Source: Paraspadella gotoi
Lineage: Eukaryota > Animalia > Chaetognatha
Assembly: GCA_051294375.1 (NCBI GenBank)
Contig: CM119264.1
Span: forward strand, 20,811,906-20,856,420
DNA: 44,515 bases
Reading direction: 5' to 3'
Part shown: piece by piece, positions 1 through 12,615 of the stretch
Layout of the letters: each line of letters starts with the position of its first letter
Numbering within the stretch: the stretch's first letter is position 1
Notes under the pieces: generated by a model
Told to the model about the DNA's origin: nothing
Seen by the model: only the letters and a program-made list of their open reading frames with translations
Database searches by the model: none
Program-made: the position numbers and the translations under genes

Positions 1-2607
1 CGAAGTTCCTCAAAAATTAACGGTTAACGGAACCCTAATATGGAGGAGGGAAAATGACGAAAATAATCATAGTAAGCAAAACAATTCAAATATAAAATCA
101 TAACCTACGAATATAATTTTTGGAATAAGTTTTCTAAATGCACAAATAAGTTGAATTCGAAANNNNNNNNNNNNNNNNNNNNNNNNNNNNNNNNNNNNNN
201 NNNNNNNNNNNNNNNNNNNNNNNNNNNNNNNNNNNNNNNNNNNNNNNNNNNNNNNNNNNNNNNNNNNNNNNNNNNNNNNNNNNNNNNNNNNNNNNNNNNN
301 NNNNNNNNNNNNNNNNNNNNNNNNNNNNNNNNNNNNNNNNNNNNNNNNNNNNNNNNNNNNNNNNNNNNNNNNNNNNNNNNNNNNNNNNNNNNNNNNNNNN
401 NNNNNNNNNNNNNNNNNNNNNNAATCAAATAGTCATCTATTCCCCAGTATGCTAACAGAAACTCTACTCAAAACTCCATTGGCGCCGCACCGCCGACAAT
501 TTTTGTAAAAAATCTTCTCAAAGGTTAAAAAAAATTGAAAAGAAATCTTTTTGCAAAATTAAAAAACTTAAAAGTAAAAGTCACCACAATAATATTTACT
601 TAATAACAAAAGCAAACTGTATAATAAGACGGCACGATGCGGCGCCGCTGGCATAGCACTGGGCGTGGCGGACGCTTAGTGTCGGGACGCCGATTAAGCG
701 AACCGGCGCTAAGATTCGGCGCTTAGAAATTAGAGATTAGAGACGCGGTGCCGAGAAGACGGAGCTGACTGAGATTTGAATTATTTTCCTTTTCTTTAAT
801 TTATGCAAATTTATGTCACTTAGTCTATGGGAAGCCTAAGATGTAAGTTTAAATGATAGTTTAAATGATAGTTATAATGATAATAAGTATTTAAATAATT
901 TAGGTTTTAATCTTCTACTTCTCCTTCTACTTGTTGTACATTATGGCTAATATACTGAACTTGAAAAAATGTTGTTATGTTACTGTTGAAACCTGTTGTG
1001 GTTCAGCGACGATGATAAGTCGACGGTGCACACACTGAAGGAAGACATGAAAGTTAGCGATCGATGATTGTTAGATCGTTGACACGACACCGATTTTCTG
1101 ACTCAGAAATGTACAGTGTTGAACTGACTCGACGACTCGCATGACCGCCGTGGATTATCGATCACTGTACACCATGTCGAACGGGTTACCCTCCGTCTCT
1201 GTAATTCTAGCGCACTCTAGACTCGTACCTTTGGGTGGACATGACTGCCTTCCGCACCATGACGGCTGATAAAGGTTGGGATTTGGGTCCACCAATAATA
1301 CAAACGAATTTCTAAAAATAAACAACACAGTCCACGGATTTTAATGAAGTGTTCGCCATCACGCACGGGAACAATTTACGGGAACATCGCATCCTCAGAA
1401 GGGCAGAATGCAAACACGGTGAGGCGGAATCACGAGTTAGCTGCGATACAGTGGGCTTGTAGCATGAAGAGGGCAAACACAGAAGAAGTGGCAAGAGAAA
1501 GAAGATTTTTGGCCTTCAACTCTGGCGCCCAGCTCTGCAACCATCTGCGCAGCTGCACATCCCTGGAAGATTTGAGATGAAACAGTGAATCTTCTTGAAC
1601 GATCTGCAATTCATAAGTGTGGACTGTACTCAGGGAATGTCAAGTCCTTTCTTGACAACACTCGACTATAGTCACCGACTGCCAACTGAGGGTGTTCCGG
1701 ATCAGTGGGTCTGTCTGCCCGGATCGAAAAGTTCCCATCTTCAGTGTCGTCTTCAATCGCGGAGTCGGGTCCNNNNNNNNNNNNNNNNNNNNNNNNNNNN
1801 NNNNNNNNNNNNNNNNNNNNNNNNNNNNNNNNNNNNNNNNNNNNNNNNNNNNNNNNNNNNNNNNNNNNNNNNNNNNNNNNNNNNNNNNNNNNNNNNNNNN
1901 NNNNCGGCTGGACATCACAACGTGGGAGATGCTCAACCTCGCTCACAGGTATGAGCTTCCATACAGAAAAGCAATTGACATTGAATTGGCTAATTGTACA
2001 AAGTGGCATTCATTTTTATACGGTGAGAGAGAGAAAATTTGATTTACATTTGTAAAGTAAATAATTCTAAAAATACTTCCAAATAAGGTAAAGTTTTGCG
2101 ACCGGCGTTTGAACAGAGGGAGCAAAATATTTCTTAGCGAGCATTGAAATTTTTAAAGAATTCGGCCGGCGATTTTATTTACTTTCTTACTAATAATAAT
2201 AATCAGGATCTCCACTTTATATAATATGATTAGGGCAAATTGAGGTAAAAACTTTACGATAAAAATCAAAAGTAAGTAAAAAACCAACCTTAAACACAAC
2301 GATAAAAATCATAAAAATCGAACTCGAGTCAGTCTCGGCTTTTACTCGACCGACCGACTGCAGATGGAAGAGCTCGACACCTGCACTCCTCGGCTCTGGT
2401 TTCACCGCAGGATCCTAATGACGCCGGAGGGAGGAAGATATCAAGGATTTAATCGGTGAGCGCTAAACCGCCTCGCCGCCTCGCCGCCTCGCCATCCCGC
2501 CTCCTTCCCGCCTCCTTGCCGCCTCGCCGTCACGGCGCTTCGTTGGTAGAGTTAAAATTTAAGTACTAGGGCTAGGCTTCATAGGTTTTGAACAAATGAA
2601 AAAAGTT

Positions 2608-2733
2608 AAATATAAACAAGGAAAAAATTATCTAAAAATCTAAGGTTCATACCTTATTGTCCCGCCTGTTTAATGGCGACACAATAAGGTACGACCGATA
2701 AATTTTTAGATTTTTTTTTCCTTGTTTATATTT
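2608..2733. repeat. ~125 bp foldback palindrome, possibly a small MITE
   Basis: Nested inverted repeats: AAATATAAACAAGGAAAAAA/TTTTTTCCTTGTTTATATTT, TCTAAAAAT/ATTTTTAGA and TACCTTATTGT/ACAATAAGGTA. It recurs at ~8190-8315. Confidence 0.7.
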
Positions 2734-3146
2734 ACCATTTCTTCACTTTACTTCCTATTTTTTTCTGTGAAATATTTTTTTTAAGGTTCCCACCTCTTTT
2801 ATCGTTTTAGGTTTTTTTTATTTTTCGTTTCTTTAATTTTTTTTTTTTTGGTTTTTACTTTTTCTGTTCCTTTGTTTTGAGTTTCCGATAAAACGGCGAG
2901 AAAAACAAGAGGAAATGAAATCAGCGGAGGTGGAGGTGAGCGAAAACCAGTGGGCTCGAACGACCTCTGCCATCTGGCGTGACGGGTGACAGACGCCGCC
3001 GACGCCGCCCTGATGACGTCAGCCAGTCGAAGTGACGAACAAAAGGCAGTGACGTCTTTCACGCACAAATATGGGATGCAGGGGAAGGCTGGGAAGCATA
3101 GTAGTCCACCTTTATACTAATCTACGTACATATGCATTATGCATTA

Positions 3147-3754
3147 AGGCGTAGTAAAATTCCTAAGTTTAACTTTAATTAAAAATCTAAAAGTGAGGAA
3201 CGAACAACATTATACTTATGAACATTTATGCATAAAAAAAATTTATAATAAATTTTACAATTTACGCAGTAGGCCATATTTATACTAGTACTAAACCAAT
3301 AAATGTTAAAATTTCAAAACAGTTTTTTCTAAGATTTTTTAGCAGATTTGGATTTGTCATAAAAAGTTGATAAAAAGAAATATAACTCTTTTTGAAAAAT
3401 TCCTTCATTAAGTGGGTCAAAAATTAGAAAAAGCTATATTTTAAGCTGAAAATTAATTTTTTATATATTAAATATAGTTTTTTTAATTTTTAACCCACTT
3501 AATGAAAGAATTTTTAAAAATGATTTATATTTTCTTTTATCAACTTTTGACGAGGAATTCAAATCTGCAATCAAAATTAAGAAAAGCCTATTTTGAAATT
3601 TTTCGATTTTATAAGGATAGTACTATATATAAATATAGCCTACTGCGAAAATTAAAAAACATAAAATTATTTTTTTTTACAAATTAATGTTCACTGATGG
3701 TATGTTGTTCGTAATTGACTTTTAGAATTTTCGTATGTAACTTTCACTACGCCT
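3147..3754. mobile_element. ~610 bp MITE with short TIRs and TA flanks (copy 1)
   Basis: TA-AGGCGTAGTAAAA ... TTTCACTACGCCT-TA with an AT-rich non-coding interior. Homologous copies lie at 7122-7751 and 12616-13244. Confidence 0.75.
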
Positions 3755-4307
3755 TATTATGCATGCTATCCGGAATTACAAAAGACGTACAACAAAAGCC
3801 AAGACACCATCATCCGCCATCGTAATATGGACTATTGTCATTGAGGTGATGCTCGAGAAGTTGGTCAAGTGACAAACCAAAAAGCACCGAAAAAACAAAC
3901 GACTTTGACCATCAGGAGCAATGACCGGCAGAGGGCTCTCACCTTCGAGGGCGAACCAAGGGAGCAAACAATAAACAAAAGACAAAAAAGGACGACGACT
4001 TAGGAAACGAAATGAGGCGATCGGTCTAAGTCACTTTCTAGTGTCATAGATTGATTTGTCTCTTAGAAAGTAAAACATTAAAAAGTAAAAAAATTCTTAA
4101 AATTTCTTAGGAAAATGTAAAAATTGTATAAGACAAAATATAAAGAAATTGTTTCACGAATTTTATTTCGATTTCCATTTACTTGCGTACTGCATTGTGT
4201 CTGCAACTCTAGTCTTTATCTGCGCGTACAACCTCCTTCGTAAGTCTGTCGCGTACAGACGCGTCTCTTTCCTCGTAACAACGTCGATAATCTCGCTGCC
4301 CGCGTCA

Positions 4308-4344
<37 letters not shown>

Positions 4345-4714
4345 TTCTCGTCTCTCGTCGGTCCTCCTCTCTCTCTCTCTCTATCTCCTTCTTCGCCATC
4401 TCCGTTCGTGCCGCAGATATCCTCCAATAACCGAGAATCTGCATCATAAAGTAGAAAAGAAGAACAAACTCTTGCGAAGATGTTATCGGAAAAAGCGATT
4501 CTGAACCAAGAAAAACCGATTTTCTGCGAAGATAAACGGGAAAAAAGGGGAAAAAGAGAGACGGAGAGAAAAAAAAGAAGAGTGACGGAATCGGCGAGAG
4601 ATTGAGCGAGAGAGAAAAGATGAATAAAGGTAGAGAGAGAGAGAGAGAGAGAGAGAGTGCAGAGTGGAGAGTGAGAGCGAGAGGTGAGAGGAGGAGAGAG
4701 AGAGAGCGAGAGAG

Positions 4715-5821
4715 AGAGAGAGAGAGAGAAGCCATAGGCAATGAAGAGGCAAAAAGCTGGATATTGGAAAGTGTTATAGAAGACGACGAGGAAGACGAGG
4801 AAGATCTCTCGCCGACGCAGCAACGAAAAAGTATTTTAATTTGATTCGTTGATTCATTTAACTAAGTTAATTTTCGTATGAAAAAACGAGCAGATCGCCG
4901 AATGCCGGAGAGTCAGCGTCGATGGATGCGAAGAGAAAACTCGTTGCAATTCCTGGGACGATGATTCAGAAGGTAAGAGGAAAGTGTCTCGTATAAAATA
5001 GGTACATTAATCGTTAAATACATTATAAACGTAACTCATGTAACGTTGCATCGTGTCTCGATATATAAGGTATGTATACTGCGTCTAACATATTGATTTT
5101 GTATACAAAATTTCTTTTTTTTTATTTATTTCATTAATTACTTCGCTTTAAGAAAGTAATAGAATTAAAAAAAAGATATTGTCGTAATGATAAACGACGA
5201 CAAGAAACGATATCGAAAATAACCAAAGGAAACTCGACTTTACAGAGTTAGAAGGAAAAGAAAAAGGCGCGACCCTTCGACAACCGCTGGGACAACAAAA
5301 ACAGTGGGAAAAAACGTGGCAGCAGCAACCAGAGCAACAGCAGCAGCAGTGCAGACAAGGTCGGTTAAAGTCGTTCAACTTTTCTGAATTTTTCCATCTC
5401 ACTCATATTTTTTTTCTGCCCTTTGATTGGAACGACTTTTTTTTCTTCGTCATCTTCATCATCTTTACATCTCATTTCAGTGGCTCGACGCGAAGCCCGC
5501 TGGCGTACGTCGACGCCCGCGAAACTCAACCGTCGTATCCTCGGGCGGCGGCGGCGGCGGCGGCGGCGGCGGAAGTGGGCGTCAGTCGTCTTGGCGGCGG
5601 CGGAAGTGGCGTCCTCCGAGGCGGCGGTGGTGGCGCCGAAGAGGAGGGAAACGCCGGGGGAAATTCGCGAGAGAGGCGTGAGCGATTTTTTTCCCACCTG
5701 ATTGTAGTTAGGTAATTCTTTCTACCGAAGGAAAAAAAAAAAAAGAAGTTTCGATTGAAGTTTAAAATTATGGTCATTATTTTAAGTTATCGAGTTTTGA
5801 TTTTGAAACTTTCTCCTCGAG
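4715..5821 (+). repeat. Block C of a direct duplication
   Basis: GCCATAGGCAATGAAG...TTCTCCTCGAG is repeated at 8521-9606. Confidence 0.9.
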
Positions 5822-6159
5822 NNNNNNNNNNNNNNNNNNNNNNNNNCTCCCTCTCCGTTCGTGCCGCAGATTCCTCCAATAACGAGAATCTGCATCATAA
5901 AGAGAAAAGAAGAACAAACTATTGCGAAGATGTTATCGGAAAAGCGATTCTGAACCAAGAAAAACCGATTTTCTGCGAAGATAACGGGAAANNNNNNNNN
6001 NNNNNNNNNNNNNNNNCTTCTTCTCGCATCTCAGCTCTCTCCTTCTCTCGCTGCTCACTCTCTCTCTTCTGCCTCGTCGTCATCTGCGTTCCCTCTTCTC
6101 TCTCGTCGATCTTCATCTCTCAAGGCTCTCTCTCGTCAGTCTCTCCTCGGTCGTCGTCT

Positions 6160-6474
6160 TCTCCTTATATTCTCTTTTCTCTCTCGCTCAAATCTCTCGC
6201 CGATTCCGTCACTCGTTCTTTTTTTTCTCTCCGATCGTCTCTCTTTTCCCCCTTTTTCCCGTTTATCCTTCGCAGAAAATTTCGGTATTCTTTCTTGGCT
6301 TCAGAATGGCGCTGTTTTCCGATAACATTTCGCAGAGTTTGTTCTTTCTTTTCAGTTTATGGATGCAGATTCTCGTTATTGAGGATATCATGCGCACGAA
6401 GACGGAGATGGGAGAAGGAGAATTAGGAGAGAAGAGAGAGAGGAGGACCGAAGAGAGAGAGGAGAGAGAGAGAG

Positions 6475-6529
<55 letters not shown>

Positions 6530-8517
6530 AGAAGAGAAAGTCACGCGGGCCAGCGAGATTATCGACGTTGTTACGAGGAAAGAGACGCGTCTGTACCGCA
6601 CAGACTTACGAAGGAGGTTGTACGCGCAAGATAAAGACTAGAGGTTGCGAGACCACAATGCAGTACGCAAGTAAATGGAAATCGAAATAAAATTCGTGAA
6701 ACAATTTCTTTATATTTTGTCTTATACAATTTTTACATTTTCCTAAGAAATTTTAAGAATTTTTTTACTTTTTAAATGTTTTACCTTTCTAAGAGAGACA
6801 AATCAATCTATGACACTAGAAAGTGACTTAGACCATCGCCTCATTTCGTTTCCTAAGTCGTCGTCCTTTTTTGTCTTTTGTTTATTGTTGTGCTCCCTTG
6901 GTGTTCGCGCGCTCGAAGGTGAGAAGCCTCTGCCGGTCATTGCTCCTTGATGGTCAAAGTCGTTTGTTTTTTCGTGGCTTTTTGGTTTGTCACCTTGACC
7001 GAACTTCTCGAGCATCACCTCAAAATGACAATAGTCCCATATTACGAGATAGCTGGACATGCGTCTGTCTTGGCTTTTGTTGTACGTCCTTTGTGTAATT
7101 CCGGATATAGCATGCATAATAAGGCGTAGTGAAATTACATTACAAAATTCTAAAAGTCAATTATCGAATCAACTCGACCATACAGGAACATTGAAATTTT
7201 AAAAATAATTTTATGTTTTTTAATTTTCGCAATAGGCTAATATTTATATAGTACCTATACTTATAAATTCGAAATTCAAAATAGGCTTTTCTTTAAGTTT
7301 TGATTTGCAGATTTGATATTCCTCGTCAAAGTGATAAAAGAAAATATAAATCATTTTTTAAAAAATTCTTACATTAAGTGGGTTTAAAAATTAAGAAAAC
7401 TATAATTTATATTATAATAAAAAAGTTAATTTCAGCTTAAATATATAGCTTTTTCAATTATCTTTGACCCACTTAATGAAGGAATTTTTCAAAAAGAGTT
7501 TATATTTCTTTTTATCACTTTGTTATGACAAATCCAAGATATTTGTAAAATCTTAGAAAAACTGTTTTGGAAATTTTAACATTTATTGGTTTAGTACTAG
7601 TAATAAATATGGCCTTACTGGGTATGAATTGTAAAATATTTATTATATGAATTTTTTTATGACATAAATGTTCCATAAGTTATAATGATTGTTTCGTTCC
7701 TCACTTTGTAGATTTTTAATTAAAGTTAAACTTAGGAATTTTACTAACGCTTAATGCATAATGCATAATGTACGTAGATTAGTATAGAAGGTGGACTACT
7801 ATGGCTCCCAGCCTGCCCTGCATCCCTATATTTGTGCGTGAAAGGACTGTCACTGCCTACTTTGTTCTCACTGTCGCTGCTGACGTCATCAGGGCGGGCG
7901 CGCGGCCGTCTGTCACCCGTGTCAACGCCAAGATGGCAGAGGTCGTTGCGATCCACTGGTTTTTCGCTCATCCCTCCACCTCCGCTGATTTTCATTTCTC
8001 TTTGGTTTTTTCTCGCCGTTTGTATTCGAAACTCAAAACAAAGGACAGAAAAAGTAAAAACCAAAAAAAAAAATATAAAGAAACGAAAAATAAAAAACGC
8101 TAAAACGATAAAAGAGGTGGGAACCTTAAAAAAAAATATTTTTTCACAAGAAAAAAATAAAAAATTAGGTAAAGTGAAGAAATGGTAAAATAAACAAAGG
8201 AAAAAAAAATCTAAAATTATGCGGGATAGTACCTTATTGTGTCGACCCATTTAAACAGGCGGACAATAAGGTATGAACTTTAGATTTTTAGATAATTTTT
8301 TCCTTGCTTTATATTTAACTTTTTCAATTTGGTTCAAACCTAATGAAGCCTAGCCCTAGTACTTAAATTTTAACTCTTACGCAAGCATTATGTATAGACT
8401 TTCGATTTCGTTTGTTTTTTAGCATTTTAGGAATAACAGTTATTAATGTGGCAACGAATTTATTGACAAGTAAGTTGACTGTAACTCTACCCGAAGCGCC
8501 GTGACGGCGAGGCGGCA
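6160..8517 (-). repeat. Block A', inverted copy of 2518-4632
   Basis: Colinear reverse-complement match, with an extra ~100 bp at ~8380-8480. Confidence 0.9.
7122..7751. mobile_element. MITE copy 2, inverted, inside the duplicated block
   Basis: Reverse complement of 3147-3754, including shared flanks. Confidence 0.7.
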
Positions 8518-8520
8518 GGG

Positions 8521-9606
8521 GAGAGAGAGAGAGAGAGAGAGAGCCATAGGCAATGAAGAGGCAAAGCTGGATATTGGAAAGTGTTATAGAAGACGACGAG
8601 GAAGACGAGGAAGACTCCGTCGCCGACGCAGCAACGAAAAAGTTATTTTAATTTGATTCGTTGATTCATTTAACTAAGTTAATTTCGTATGAAAACGAGC
8701 AGATCGCCGATGCGCGGAGAGTCAGCGTCGAGGATGGAAGAGAAAACTCGTTGCAATTCCTGGGACGATGATTCAGAAGGTAAAGAGAAAGTGTCTCGTA
8801 TAAAAGTGTACATTAAATCGTTAAATACATTAATAAACGTAACTGATTACGTTGCATCGTTTCGATATATAGTATTATATACGTCTAACATATGATTTTG
8901 TATACAAAATTTCTTTTTTTATTTATTTCATTAATACTTCGCTTTAAGAAAGTAAATAGAATTTAAAAAAAAGATATTGTCGTAACTGATAAACGACGAC
9001 AAGAAAATCGATATCGATAACCAAAGGAAACTCGACTTTTACAGAGTTAGAAGGAAAAGAAAAAGGCGCGACCCTTCGACAACCGCTGGGACAACAAAAA
9101 CAGTGGGAAAAAAAGTGGCAGCAGCAACAGCAGCAACAGCAGCAGCAGTGCAACAAGGTTGCGGTTAAAGTCGTTCAACTTTTCTGATTTTTCCATCTCA
9201 CTCATATTTTTTTTCTGCCCTTTGATTGGAACGACTTTTTTTTTCTTCGTCATCTTCATCATCTTTACATCTCATCTTCAGTGGCTCGACGCGAAGCCGC
9301 TGGTCGTGTCGACGCCTCGCGTAATCAACGTCGTATCTCGGGGCGGCGGCGGCGGCGGCGGCGGCGGCGGAAGTGGCGTCGTCGTTGGCGGCGGCGGAAG
9401 TGGCGTCCTCGATGGCGGCGGTGGTGGCGCCGAAGAGGAGGGAAACGCCGGGGGAAATTCGCGAGAGAGGCGTGAGCGATTTTTTTCCCACCGATTTAGT
9501 TAGGTAATTCTTTCTACCAGGAAGAAAAAAAAGAAGTTTCGATGAAGTTTTAAAAATTGAGTATTATTTAATTATCGAGTTTTGATTTTGAAACTTTCTC
9601 CTCGAG
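8521..9606 (+). repeat. Block C', direct copy of 4715-5821
   Basis: Colinear match, including the (CAG)n and (GGC)n tracts. Confidence 0.9.
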
Positions 9607-9796
9607 TTGTCATCGCGTCGCGGGATCGACCCCATTTTCTTTTCGTATATAAATTACGATTTAATTCAGATTAAAAGTCGTTTTCTGCCTTCGGCCGCGA
9701 ATTTCGTCGTTCGCTTCACGCTCCACTCTCTATTTCTCTCTCTCACGTAACCATAATTAACCGCGGGGCAAACCCAGTCTCTCTCTCTCTTTCTCT

Positions 9797-9845
<49 letters not shown>

Positions 9846-10483
9846 TCTCTTTCCTCCTCTCTCTCTCTCTCTCTCTCTCTCCACTTCATCAGGCCTATAT
9901 TTAGTTTCGGGAGTTTCCCGCCGTCGAACCGGCTCCAATTTGTCTCAGTTCTGCCAACTCGAAGGAAATGGTCGCATCCAACAACTTCACAACCTCACAA
10001 AAACAAAACAACGCAACGACGTCGTCGTCGTCGTCGCAAAGAAAGAAAAACGCAATGGAAGCGTTTCCTCTGTTTCACCACTCCGACGTCGTCGTGCTCG
10101 TCGTCACACTCGTCACACTCACCGTCACCACTCGTACTCTTTCTCCTTCGTCGCCACTAAACGTCGCAGAATCAGACTCTATTTTTTGCCGAGAACCAAT
10201 CAAACTCTGAACGATACAGGGTTTTTTCTCTGAACTGACAGTACGCGATATAAATGATAACATTAACAAGCTCAGAAATATTTAAAGAATAATTCATTAC
10301 GTTTCGGTTAGACTTTCTCTTTGCCGTTCAGAAAAGCATTCGGAGCATTCTTTTCATATAATTACATAGTGCGAGGATTATACCATATTTTTGAATTCAT
10401 CAACGTTTTATATTTTTATGATTTTATAATTTAAAAAATAAAAATTTTACCATTAATCGAATTTACATTCTCGACATTCCCAG

Positions 10484-11404
10484 AAAATAACGACAACGAA
10501 AACAATGATGATTACCCAGACGAAGGGAGAAACAAAAGACACCTCAGCGCCATCTGTGATCAAAGAGGCAACAAAGGACAAAAGGCCAACCGAAGGAACA
10601 CAACGAGGGAAACCAATCTAGGGAAAATGGCGAGACGCGGAGGAGGAGAGAGTGGAGGGGCGTGGGAGGAAGAGGAGAGGGAGACTGAGGAAGAGGAGGA
10701 GGAGGAAAAGAGGAAAGGGGAGAGGATTCGACCCGGTACGAATAACAAGAGGTCCAGTTGGGATTCTGACTCCGAGAGAACCTCCATCGAGGAAGACTTG
10801 GAGAAGGAAGGAGATTTGGAGGAGGAAGAGGAAGAGGTCGAGGAACGAAATGACGAAGACGAGGACGAGGCAGAACACTCGAGGATAAACTCGACATGGA
10901 CCCCGACGACGACGACGACGACGACGATGACGAAGGGAAGACCGACGAGGGAGAGGAGGAAGACAGGAAAAAATTCAAAGGATCAGAACGAGGATCAAAA
11001 AGGAGATTGTCGCTTTAATAACGCAGATGGCGATGTCAGCGGCGCCGGGGAGGGGGAGGAGAGGGAGGAGGAGGAGGAAGAGGGGGAGGGGAACGGGAGC
11101 GATCGTCGTCGTCGTCGTCGTCTTTTTCCAAAGGCGTCCCAAAGTGAAGCCACGAGCGGAAAGTCAATTTCCAGCGGAGAGTTCATTTTGCCTTCTAAGA
11201 CGGGGGAGGGAGAGGGGGAGGAGGAGAGAGAGGGAGACGGGGGTCGACGGAGGGAGAGCGGAGGAATAGGAGCGAGGAGGAGAAGAGGAGGAGGCAGAGT
11301 GAAAAAAAAAGTATCTTGGAAAGATTTACCCTCGGCGTCAGGATCATCTTCGTCGTCGTCGTCGTCTCGATCGACGTCATCATCTTCTCGAAATTCGACT
11401 GCAG
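10484..11404 (+). CDS. Candidate 921-bp internal exon encoding a disordered Glu/Arg/Ser-rich polypeptide
   Basis: TTCCCAG acceptor at 10482-83, stop-free frame (ENNDNENNDDYPDEGRNKRHL...NSTA), CAG|GTGATT donor, and phase 1 at both ends. No recognisable domain. Confidence 0.5.
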
Positions 11405-11493
11405 GTGATTTTTATGTTTCAATCTTTTTTTTTCAGCTTTTTCACCTAAGTGTTTCTCTCTCTCTTCTTCCTCTCTCTCTCTCTTCTCTCTCT

Positions 11494-11554
<61 letters not shown>

Positions 11555-12615
11555 CTCTTTCTTCTCTCCTTCTCCCTCTCTCTCTCTCTCTCTGTCTCTC
11601 TCTTCTTCTTTATTCTTAGATAAAAAAAAATCAAAAGAAATAGGAGAATCGTGGATTAAAATTTCACTTTTTTTAGTGTTGCATAGATTTTATAACAGAG
11701 ACATTAAAGATTTTTTTAGAAGAGAAAAATTGAGTGAGGTTAATAAAACAGACCGCATTCAAAAAAAAAAATAGACTAAACCTCTCCAACTTTGTTTTTT
11801 AAGATTTTTTTTCTCGGTTTAATCTAAAAAACACTAAGAATAAAAGCAGATTGAAAATCCAAAAAGTAAATAGAAGCGACTGACGTCAGATTTGTCATAA
11901 AAAAATAAATGAGAAAAAACAACACAATCCTTTGTCTAATCCGGTATTAGTCGTAACGAAAAAACTACCAAGTCGGTGATGCTGAAAATACTGAAAATGC
12001 TTTTGACGAATGCTCAACGAAGCAGCGATCGATCCCGCGGCTCCCTTCAAATTTTTTCGCTCGTTGCCCCTTAAAAGAAAATTTGAGACGAAAGAGGGAG
12101 TCGCATACGAATGGGGTATTTGGGGAGAGAAGGGAAGAAGAGCCCTTTCGTTAAGAGTGGAAAACGCGGCGAAAGTTTTTTCGCGAGGGCGAGTTTCGAA
12201 GGAAAGCTGTAGGAGGGTCCTAAGCTGGAAATATTTGCTGGGGTAAGGGAAAATTTTGTTCAGAATTTTGACGTAATAATGTATCTTTTTTTTAATTTGG
12301 AGCTATGTCCTTCCTCGCAGCTGTCCCTGATGAAATTATTGAGAATCAAGTTATAATTAGAAATAAGTGTTAAAAAATCTTTGAACATGAGAAAGTGTCA
12401 TTGACTAAGTAATTTCTAAACTTGATTAATCAGAAGCTAAAACTTCACCCTTTTTTTTGTTTTAAAGCCAAACTCGATGGGCAGAGAAAAAAAGGCCATG
12501 GAGCAAAATTGCAGAAAAACCACAGATTAGAAATGTTTCAAGTCGTCGAGGACAAAGGTAAGATAAGAGAACTTTCTCAAATATGTCTTGTTGCTAGCAA
12601 ACATATTATATAGTA

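Larger units (their letters stand above)
2518..4632 (+). repeat. Block A of a large inverted duplication
   Basis: Reverse complement of ~6160-8517, differing mainly by small indels. Confidence 0.9.

Noticed and set aside
105-432. ORFs spanning N gaps, also at 13955-14350, 15508-15964 and 25995-26279
   Set aside because: They are open only because N codons contain no stops.
2411-2455. 45-bp AG/GT-bounded micro-exon candidate
   Set aside because: Too short to support without transcript data.
3011-3045. CTGATGA followed by a GTCA/TGAC stem, hammerhead-like
   Set aside because: Followed by GAAC rather than GAAA, lacks stem III and a cleavage triplet, and is not conserved in the duplicate copy.
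4149-4844. ORFs rich in SLSLSL or ERERER here and throughout the window
   Set aside because: They are translations of (GA)n/(CT)n microsatellites.
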